Assembly (NCBI GenBank): GCA_029288865.1
Contig: JARIGM010000035.1
Coordinates: 26,258 to 90,257 of the forward strand
Source of the DNA: Candidatus Kaiserbacteria bacterium
Lineage (GTDB): Bacteria > Patescibacteriota > Minisyncoccia > Phycocordibacterales > Phycocordibacteraceae
Length of the DNA: 64,000 nt
Direction of reading: 5' to 3'
A program made the position numbers and the translations under genes. Positions 19,912-26,360 of the stretch are shown here, piece by piece; the first letter of the stretch is position 1, and every line of letters starts with the position of its first letter. Under the pieces are notes generated by a model that did not search any database, had not been told where the DNA came from, and saw only the letters and a program-made list of their open reading frames with translations.

Positions 19912-19956
19912 GAAAACCGCCCCTCCGTCGAAACGAAGGTTTGGTTTTCGTTTCGC
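19912..19956 (-). terminator. hairpin terminator downstream of cassette gene C
   Basis: Stem cgaaacgaa…ttcgtttcg, 12 nt after the stop at 19968. Confidence 0.5.
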
Positions 19957-19967
19957 CGAAGTAGCGG

Positions 19968-20471
19968 CTATGCCCGATCAACGTCAGGATTGTTATGCAG
20001 GTTCAGTCTCGTCACGACGTCAGAAGGAGCTTTGGCCAACAGCCGTTTCGCAACAGCCAGGATATCGGGGAATTCTTCTGCATTGTGTGTTGATTCTGTG
20101 ATGTTCACACACCAGCGTTTAATCTCGATACGAACGCCTCCGAAATTCCACGTCTCTTCCCAAGCTCCACGTGTAAAGCAAATATAGGCAACCAATTCCG
20201 GGCCACGGTTGCGCCCTTGAGGCATGTTTGGATCATCGCTCATCGCAAACGGCGTCGTCTCGATTTTGACCAGACGCAAGTCCATATTATCCGGAATGGG
20301 ATTGTGCCCAGGTTGTAGAATTTCTTCTTTAGTCCAGAGACGGTATTTCCGGAAATACACTCGTTCTCCCCGCACGTGTTCGAGATACATATGAAGAATC
20401 TCAAGCGCAGTAGATCCAGTGTTGCCCAAGTCTACTTTCGGCAAACGAACCCAATCCAATTTACTGAACAT
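19968..20471 (-). CDS. hypothetical protein (cassette gene C, 167 aa)
   Basis: Start at MFSKLDW, preceded by a GAGGGG RBS. No recognised family. Own promoter-like region and a 5' leader inverted repeat. Confidence 0.5.
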   Translation of the reverse strand: MFSKLDWVRLPKVDLGNTGSTALEILHMYLEHVRGERVYFRKYRLWTKEEILQPGHNPIPDNMDLRLVKIETTPFAMSDDPNMPQGRNRGPELVAYICFTRGAWEETWNFGGVRIEIKRWCVNITESTHNAEEFPDILAVAKRLLAKAPSDVVTRLNLHNNPDVDRA

Positions 20472-20525
20472 TTCAATTACCCCTCTCGGGTAATGCCGTA
20501 CGGAATTGTACAAGCAACTGTCATC

Positions 20526-20573
20526 TCGACAGTCTTTTAGTGGCAAAGCGGATTGTCAGTAAAAGACTGTCGA
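20526..20573 (-). promoter_or_regulatory. perfect 14-bp inverted repeat (tcgacagtctttta / taaaagactgtcga) with 20-nt spacer in the 5' leader of cassette gene C
   Basis: The arms are exact reverse complements. The element sits 55-100 nt upstream of the gene C start, between the putative promoter and the RBS. Confidence 0.55.
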
Positions 20574-20666
20574 GAAAGGTTGCCTGGCTCTACTGGGGTA
20601 TACACTAAATATGCTTCTCAGCAGCTGAGTTGAATCCAAGTATTATATACAACACTATTATATAAA

Positions 20667-20694
20667 AGTAAAGTGCTCCGCTGGCTGGAGGATG
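20667..20694 (-). repeat. inter-cassette direct repeat copy R2
   Basis: gctccgctggctggaggatgttcgaacg, followed on the minus strand by a promoter-like TTTACT-17-TATATA. Confidence 0.75.
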
Positions 20695-20711
20695 TTCGAA
20701 CGTGTATGTAA

Positions 20712-20745
20712 AAAGAAAAACCCGTCAGCCTTGCGACTGACGGGG
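20712..20745 (-). terminator. intrinsic terminator downstream of cassette gene B
   Basis: cccgtcag ccttgcga ctgacggg hairpin with a flanking A/T run. Confidence 0.6.
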
Positions 20746-20774
20746 AGTTGTCTGAGCAGCCCGAGCTGTGAACT

Positions 20775-21080
20775 TCAGGCGGGGATGCCCATGCGCGGGT
20801 CAACCCTCTCGAGGATCGGGTCGTCGTCGGAGATGAACGACCGCTCGGGGATCTCGGACGCGAAGAGCTTCTTCGCGGCGGCGATGCCCATGAGAGTAAT
20901 GATGGCGACGATCTGGTCGTGCTCCTCGTGATCGAAGATCTTGATCACGGTCCAGGACTGGCGGTCCCGACCCGGCATCCGATCGAATTGCTGCCCGATC
21001 TTGGGCGAGTCTTCGTTGCTGACCTGCACCAGCTCGATCTTGTTCTCGAACTTGGCCAGAAGGAAGATGCTGCGGTTCAT
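20775..21080 (-). CDS. hypothetical protein (cassette gene B, 101 aa)
   Basis: AAAGGA RBS; a near-consensus sigma70 promoter immediately upstream; no recognised family. Confidence 0.5.
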   Translation of the reverse strand: MNRSIFLLAKFENKIELVQVSNEDSPKIGQQFDRMPGRDRQSWTVIKIFDHEEHDQIVAIITLMGIAAAKKLFASEIPERSFISDDDPILERVDPRMGIPA

Positions 21081-21132
21081 GATGGTATCCTTTCTTGAAA
21101 AGCCAGGATTCTGGCGATGGAACTTCCGTATC

Positions 21133-21161
21133 TATATTAGCACGTATCATGATTTATGTCA
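21133..21161 (-). promoter_or_regulatory. near-consensus sigma70 promoter (TTGACA-17-TAATAT) driving cassette gene B
   Basis: Minus-strand reading is agcTTGACAtaaatcatgatacgtgcTAATATagatacgg. The -35 hexamer abuts repeat copy R3 directly. Confidence 0.65.
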
Positions 21162-21189
21162 AGCTCCACTGGCTAGAGGATGTTCGAAC
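21162..21189 (-). repeat. inter-cassette direct repeat copy R3
   Basis: gctccactggctagaggatgttcgaacg. Confidence 0.75.
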
Positions 21190-21213
21190 GATACTGATAG
21201 GAAATAAGTAAAG

Positions 21214-21247
21214 AAAAAACCCGTCCTTCATGGAAAAGCGGGTTTTT
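21214..21247 (-). terminator. intrinsic terminator downstream of the NADAR gene
   Basis: aaaaacccg tccttcatggaaaag cgggttttt. Confidence 0.7.
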
Positions 21248-21264
21248 AAATACAGTTAATATGA

Positions 21265-21729
21265 CTACCGAAGCGGTGGTAATTTGTCCCGGATCTCCAT
21301 GAGAATCCGACAAAATAACTCCGCCGGTAGGGATGTATCAGGAGACTCGGGTCCGACGTCATGATACAACTCTAGTCCTGTTGTCGCGTGTAACGCTTTT
21401 CTGGCCATATCGTTCTGGGCAAACTTCGCGTTAATCGCGATAGCTATGAGCATGCGATGCTGGTCGCTTCCATAAGGATCCGAGCGTCCATCCCACCAAA
21501 TCCGCTTTCGTTCTGCGAAGGTGCCATATTCTTTTGCTCGTTTTCCCCACGATAGGAATGCTTCTTTTCGTCTGGCGTCATCCTCAGGAAATTTTATTCC
21601 CTGAATGAATCCCTCTGCCGACGCACAGAATTCATTGCCAATCTTAAAAGGGATACAAGGAAAGTTACTAAGGATGTGTGCTCGCCAATCGGTCGAGCCA
21701 CTGGTTACATTGATTCGTTCTACTGTCAT
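21265..21729 (-). CDS. NADAR domain protein (YbiA-like, DUF1768; a family reported to act on ADP-ribose linkages)
   Basis: ILSNFPCIPFKIGNEFCASAEGFIQGIKF…GPESPDTSLPAELFCRILMEIRDKL matches the NADAR pattern (FSNF…F…EH.FQA.KF…N.LG..LM..R..L). GGAGG RBS. Confidence 0.65.
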   Translation of the reverse strand: MTVERINVTSGSTDWRAHILSNFPCIPFKIGNEFCASAEGFIQGIKFPEDDARRKEAFLSWGKRAKEYGTFAERKRIWWDGRSDPYGSDQHRMLIAIAINAKFAQNDMARKALHATTGLELYHDVGPESPDTSLPAELFCRILMEIRDKLPPLR

Positions 21730-21820
21730 GAGAACCTCCTATTCTAGCCGGACTATATCACCAATGAGAAAAAATTGATATTTCAAGAATGTGATCTCTT
21801 TTTGGAACCGGAGCGTTTTC

Positions 21821-21844
21821 CTCTTTTCTCCAATGCTCCGTGGG
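21821..21844 (-). repeat. truncated half-copy (R0) of the cassette repeat between tRNA-Asn and the first cassette
   Basis: ctcttttctccaatgctccgtggg matches the left part of R1 (ctcttccctttttgaatgctccactgg) but lacks the ctagaggaggttcgaacg half. Confidence 0.5.
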
Positions 21845-21882
21845 TAAGCAAAGCTTGCCCGCCGTCGCCTCGCTCGAATACA

Positions 21883-21908
21883 AAAGACCCCTAGGAAGGG
21901 GTCTTTTG
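21883..21908 (-). terminator. terminator hairpin immediately 3' of tRNA-Asn
   Basis: aaaagacccct agga aggggtctttt, followed by a T-run on the minus strand. Confidence 0.65.
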
Positions 21909-21922
21909 TATTGCTCACTCGG

Positions 21923-21994
21923 CTCCGCGGGTAGGATTCGAACCTACGACCAACTCGTTAACAGCGAGCCGCTCTACCACTGAGCTACCGCGGA
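21923..21994 (-). tRNA. tRNA-Asn (anticodon GTT)
   Basis: Minus-strand cloverleaf folded by hand: acceptor TCCGCGG/CCGCGGA, D-arm GCTC AGTGGTA GAGC, anticodon stem-loop GCTCG CTGTTAA CGAGT (GTT), T-arm GTAGG TTCGAAT CCTAC, discriminator G. Confidence 0.85.
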
Positions 21995-22118
21995 ATATCT
22001 GCACCGCCCTTCACTGCCCTCTTGCAGGCGGAATGGGCGGTCCGGGCACGTAACCCGGACGTTTATCATTCTAGCGGAAATTCCAAGTTCAGCAACTACC
22101 TATCCCGGGTAAATAGAA

Positions 22119-22146
22119 AGGCCGAGAGAGCATACTCTCTCGGCCT
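22119..22146 (-). terminator. intrinsic terminator after the HTH gene
   Basis: ggccgagagag cata ctctctcggcc, a perfect hairpin followed by a T-run on the minus strand. Confidence 0.65.
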
Positions 22147-22167
22147 TTGGTGTCACATCGGGAAGGA

Positions 22168-22527
22168 TTAGGGTTTGCGACGATCTGTGGTCGGAATATG
22201 TTCAGAGTAGGTTCCTGTCGCGAGTTCATCCTGTTGGAGCTGTGCTCCAGCGTGTACGATCGCGACCCGGAAGCCGACTGCCCTCGCAAGCTTGAATGCC
22301 GTCAGAAGAGCAGGACGTTTGGTGTCGCGCCAGGCAAACTTCACAACAGTAGTTGTGCAGAGTCCGGCTTCGGCTGCGATGATCTCGAAGTTCCTATTGC
22401 GCTTATTGTGCGCATGCCATACGGCGCCCCGCAAATCATCCAACCACTTTTCGTAATCGTAATCGATGGTATGGACAGGAACCGCTGGTACTTCCTTTCC
22501 CACGACTTTTAAATGAACTGATGCCAA
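22168..22527 (-). CDS. putative HTH DNA-binding regulator (TTG start)
   Basis: AAAGGAGG RBS 6 nt before the TTG. Helix-turn-helix-like segment EIIAAEAGLCTTTVVKFAWRD; divergent from ORF 22684. Confidence 0.45.
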   Translation of the reverse strand: MASVHLKVVGKEVPAVPVHTIDYDYEKWLDDLRGAVWHAHNKRNRNFEIIAAEAGLCTTTVVKFAWRDTKRPALLTAFKLARAVGFRVAIVHAGAQLQQDELATGTYSEHIPTTDRRKP

Positions 22528-22683
22528 GACGTTCCTCCTTTGATGGATCTTGTCTCTACTAAATTAGAACACATCAATACTAATGTCAATTAAAATGTAA
22601 GCTTTTCTCACATGCTAAAATCGAACATATGCCGCGCGCAGGGACGCCCCCCATCCGCTCGAAGCAAGTATAGTCTCCATGAT

Positions 22684-23199
22684 ATGAGAAAGAAAATTGT
22701 TACCGTGAACGACCGAATGCAGCACGATTACAAGTACGAACTTATCGAAGAGCCGGGCAAGAATTTCCATCCTGAATTCAAGCCGGATCTGACACCGAAA
22801 GAGATGCTCGCGCTTGGCGTGTTCGGTGGTGTGTATATGCGCGATTGCACGAAGGAATTCCCGGCCGATTGGTTCACGCATGCCAAATTCCAGGTGAAAG
22901 ATTCGTACGTGCACGATCCGAAGATCAACTTCTTTAAGGTAAACGCGAGCCAGCCGCTTTCAGTGTGGAAGAAGAAAGGCTGGATTCATAAAGACGATCC
23001 GCGCGGATGGTTCCAATGGTATTGCCGCTACTACATGGGCCGTCGCAGCGAGGATGACGAGCGACAGATCAAGCGATGGAAAGCGATCCGCCGTCATGCA
23101 TACCAGATACGGTATAACTGCAAACCCGGCGACATGACCTGCCGTCCGGTCCAGCGCCAAGCTTTGCTACACTGGGCATACGATAGCCGCGGGATGTAG
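22684..23199 (+). CDS. conserved hypothetical protein (Trp-rich; GWFQWYCRYYMGRR motif)
   Basis: 172-aa ORF with conserved-looking aromatic motifs that I cannot assign to a named family. Start uncertain (22612 TTG / 22684 ATG / 22717). Confidence 0.4.
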   Translation: MRKKIVTVNDRMQHDYKYELIEEPGKNFHPEFKPDLTPKEMLALGVFGGVYMRDCTKEFPADWFTHAKFQVKDSYVHDPKINFFKVNASQPLSVWKKKGWIHKDDPRGWFQWYCRYYMGRRSEDDERQIKRWKAIRRHAYQIRYNCKPGDMTCRPVQRQALLHWAYDSRGM

Positions 23200-23290
23200 A
23201 ACTTCTCGCAACAAGTGACAATATACTTGCGCATATGGCATAATCGCAGCGGACGCAATTATTCAGCACATCATCATATGGAGAGTCGCC

Positions 23291-23653
23291 GTGAATCCCT
23301 CACGACTTTTATCGCCGTCCCGCGGACGCATTACTGCGGGACCGAGCACGTTGGAGCTCCTCGCATCCTTATCCAAATACAATACCCCGGAGGCAGTTGA
23401 ACACGCAGTAGATATTGTGTGTGCGTTCAACAACCGAGAAGAGACGCTTCGGGTCCAAGTGGTGGCATTAATTCATCGTCCCAACCCGCCCGAACAATGG
23501 GACATCGGCGGATACACTGTAAGCTCCCTTCCGAGTCATGAACCCCGAGCACTCACGGCAACCTATAATGCTTTGGATCGCCGAGGCGCAATGAAATTCT
23601 TGGAAGCTGATTTCGCCGGTTTTGATATTGAAGCGTTGCATTCAAGATACTGA
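23291..23653 (+). CDS. hypothetical protein (GTG start)
   Basis: GGAGAG RBS 6 nt upstream of the GTG; terminator at 23694-23719. Confidence 0.35.
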   Translation: MNPSRLLSPSRGRITAGPSTLELLASLSKYNTPEAVEHAVDIVCAFNNREETLRVQVVALIHRPNPPEQWDIGGYTVSSLPSHEPRALTATYNALDRRGAMKFLEADFAGFDIEALHSRY

Positions 23654-23748
23654 TCTTTGGTTCCCGAAAACATTCTTACGAGTGAAAACAACAGAGCCGC
23701 CCTTCCACAAGGCGGCTTTTTGTATGCGAAATGGTACGATAGAAATAT

Positions 23749-24657
23749 ATGCAAAAGATCATCCCGCACCTCTGGTTTGACAAGGAAGCGAAAGAAGCTG
23801 CCGACTTTTATACCTCGATATTTCCTGAGTCTCGCATAACTCACCACTCCGTCATCCGCGACACGCCCTCTGGAGATTGCGACATCCTCGCATTCGATCT
23901 CTGGGGATATTCTTTCAAGGCCATAAGCGCCGGTCCCATATTTAAGCTCAATCCATCCATCTCATTCATGGTGAACTTCGATCCGTCGCGAGATCCGAAC
24001 GCGAGAGTCCTGCTCGACGAGATCTGGAGCAAGCTTATGGATGGAGGCACTGCACTCATGCCGCTCGATGCATATCCGTTCAGCAAGAGATACGGATGGG
24101 TGCAGGATAAGTTCGGCGTGTCGTGGCAGCTCATCCTCACGAATCCTGAGGGCGAACCGCGTCCATCAATCATTCCTTCTCTTATGTTTACAAAGGACTC
24201 GTTCGGAAAAGCCGAAGAAACAGCGGATTTCTATATCTCACTCTTTGATAATTCGAAACGCGGCACGCTTGCCCGCTACCCTGTCGGCTCAGGACCCGAA
24301 GCCGAGGGCAAGGTTATGTTCTCAGACTTCATGCTTGCGCATCAGTGGTTCACGGCAATGGATGGCGCAGGCCCGCACAACTTCGCATTTAATGAAGCGT
24401 TGTCGCTCGTCGTGAATTGCGAGAATCAAGAAGAGATCGATCATCTCTGGGAGAAGCTTTCTGCAGAGCCTGCATCCGAACAGTGCGGATGGCTTAAGGA
24501 TAAATATGGCGTGTCATGGCAGATCGTACCCTCTGCGATGGACGAGATGATGAGTAGCGGGACTCCCGAACAGCTCATGCGCGTGACAAAGGCATTCCTG
24601 GCGATGAAAAAGTTCGATATCGCTGCACTGCAGCAGGCGTTTGAAGGAACCGCATAG
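23749..24657 (+). CDS. VOC family protein with tandem PhnB-like (3-demethylubiquinone-9 3-methyltransferase-like) domains
   Basis: Two internal repeats of the PhnB-like fold (…KDKFGVSWQLIL… / …KDKYGVSWQIVP…). Confidence 0.65.
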   Translation: MQKIIPHLWFDKEAKEAADFYTSIFPESRITHHSVIRDTPSGDCDILAFDLWGYSFKAISAGPIFKLNPSISFMVNFDPSRDPNARVLLDEIWSKLMDGGTALMPLDAYPFSKRYGWVQDKFGVSWQLILTNPEGEPRPSIIPSLMFTKDSFGKAEETADFYISLFDNSKRGTLARYPVGSGPEAEGKVMFSDFMLAHQWFTAMDGAGPHNFAFNEALSLVVNCENQEEIDHLWEKLSAEPASEQCGWLKDKYGVSWQIVPSAMDEMMSSGTPEQLMRVTKAFLAMKKFDIAALQQAFEGTA

Positions 24658-24785
24658 CGACGGGCACACGGTGATGAATAGTTGACAGCTAGTCAACTAT
24701 ATGATAAAGAGCTAGTAGCGGAGACGAGATCCGCAAGCCCTCATCATCAGACGCCTATATTCTAGGCCACAAAAGGAGACCTCCC

Positions 24786-25328
24786 ATGTTCTGGTTTTTT
24801 CTGCGTCGTGCCCTTGTTTTTGCGATTTCAATTGCTCTTGCTGCGTGTGTGTCACATGCAGCTCCTGCATTCGCCAAACAAACACTACACCCAGAAAGAA
24901 CGACATGGTTCGCGTGCGCGCGAACTGAACTCCCCAGAGCCCTGGAACGATATGACTTCCTGCTCGAAGAGAGCGCCCATGATGCCGGCATCTCGAAAGA
25001 TGTATTGATCGGCATCATGATGACCGAAAGCCTTGGTAACGCCAAAGCACCCGGCGGTCTCATGCAGACCCGCGACTCAGTGAAGGATGCCCTCGGCATC
25101 GCCTGTGACGAACGTCACGCCAGCTGCAGCATCATGCTTGCAGCGCGCTACGTGCGGTATCTGTCTGACAGGTACCATTATTCGTTCGAGAGAACGATCG
25201 TCGCATACAACCGCGGACCCTCCGGGGCTCGCAAAGTATCCGATCCTTCGCGGGATCAGTACTATACGCGCGTGTCATATATCATGCACTCGCTCAATCC
25301 CCGGTCCGAGCTCGCTCTGGCCGACTAA
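24786..25328 (+). CDS. lytic transglycosylase domain protein (SLT family), signal peptide
   Basis: Signal peptide, SLT catalytic motif region (IMMTESLGN…GGLMQ) and AYNRGPSG; terminator at 25361-25390. Confidence 0.65.
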   Translation: MFWFFLRRALVFAISIALAACVSHAAPAFAKQTLHPERTTWFACARTELPRALERYDFLLEESAHDAGISKDVLIGIMMTESLGNAKAPGGLMQTRDSVKDALGIACDERHASCSIMLAARYVRYLSDRYHYSFERTIVAYNRGPSGARKVSDPSRDQYYTRVSYIMHSLNPRSELALAD

Positions 25329-25418
25329 CCTCGTACCTTTTTCTTTTTTGTTCCTATCTTAAAACCCCCTTCGCTTGCGGAGGGGGTTTTGCTATCCCCA
25401 CCAGTCAAAAATACTGCC

Positions 25419-25958
25419 ATGCTATCCTCCGAGGATATGGAAAACCTTTACGACTTCACCGTGCCCGTGTTTATCAATCAGCTTAACGGCCTCAAGAACG
25501 TGCTCACCAAAGCAGAGGCGCATGCAAAAGAAGCCGGCCTGGACGAAGCGACACTCCTCAACGATGCCCTTATCGCTGATATGTTCCCGCTCAAGAAGCA
25601 GGTACAGCTCTCGAGCGACCATTCCAAGGGCACCGTCGCACGTCTCAGCGGCAAGGAAAATCCGAAGATGGAAGATACTGAAGCGACATTTGCCGAACTT
25701 CAGTCACGACTCGATAAGACCATAGAATTCATCCAGAGCGTCAGCCAAGCTGATTTCGTAGGCGCGGAAGAACGTCAGATCATTCTTCACTACTATCCTG
25801 GAAAATATATGCTCGGCAAGGATTACGCTCGATTCTATGCGCTCCCCAACTTCATGTTCCATGTCACGACTGCATACGGCATCATTCGCAAGAATGGCGT
25901 ACAGATCGGCAAAGCTGATTTCGCGAACGAACTTCCGTTCCACGAGCTTCCGAATTAG
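25419..25958 (+). CDS. DUF1993 family protein
   Basis: Resembles the DUF1993 helical-bundle family; terminator at 25983-26010. Confidence 0.5.
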   Translation: MLSSEDMENLYDFTVPVFINQLNGLKNVLTKAEAHAKEAGLDEATLLNDALIADMFPLKKQVQLSSDHSKGTVARLSGKENPKMEDTEATFAELQSRLDKTIEFIQSVSQADFVGAEERQIILHYYPGKYMLGKDYARFYALPNFMFHVTTAYGIIRKNGVQIGKADFANELPFHELPN

Positions 25959-26037
25959 TTTTTAAAATATAGAGGAAATGAAAAAGACGGCTCATAAGAG
26001 TCGTCTTTTGCGTTACGATGACGTAAAAAGAAAGAGC

Positions 26038-26226
26038 GGTCCCAGCTCTCATTAGCTACCACGGTGGCAATATAATGCGCGATGCGCTAAATGCCCAGCA
26101 CGATGCAACCTGCGAGACTTCATTGTATAGGATACAGACACTTCCCATCAGCAAAGAACACCAGATCATCTAACGTGCACCCTTGATTAAGCTATTAGCA
26201 CCGTAGCTCTCCAAAGAGCTGGGACT
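26038..26226 (+). other. long imperfect inverted repeat (about 28-bp arms, about 132-bp spacer) in the 400-bp leader of the large secreted-enzyme gene
   Basis: ggtcccagctctcattagctaccacggtg (26038-26066) is nearly the reverse complement of caccgtagctctccaaagagctgggact (26199-26226). Confidence 0.5.
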
Positions 26227-26360
26227 TTCAATACTCTACTCCTCCGGACTCGGCAGTCAAGCAGTTTACCCACACGCACCTCGTCTTCATGTTTGAAATT
26301 CGGCTAGAATTATTCATAAGGTCTTCACGATCTCATGATTAGTCACAACCATTCCCTTTT

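Noticed and set aside
19866-21190. Interpretation of the 28-bp repeats (…ggaggttcgaac…) as tRNA T-arm remnants or tRNA genes
   Set aside because: GTTCGAAC is a palindrome resembling a T-loop, but the flanks cannot form T-stem or acceptor pairing on either strand. Similarity to the tRNA-Asn 3' end is limited to about 12 of 14 nt, so I treat them as direct repeats rather than tRNA fragments. The resemblance is noted only as a speculative hint at att-site ancestry.
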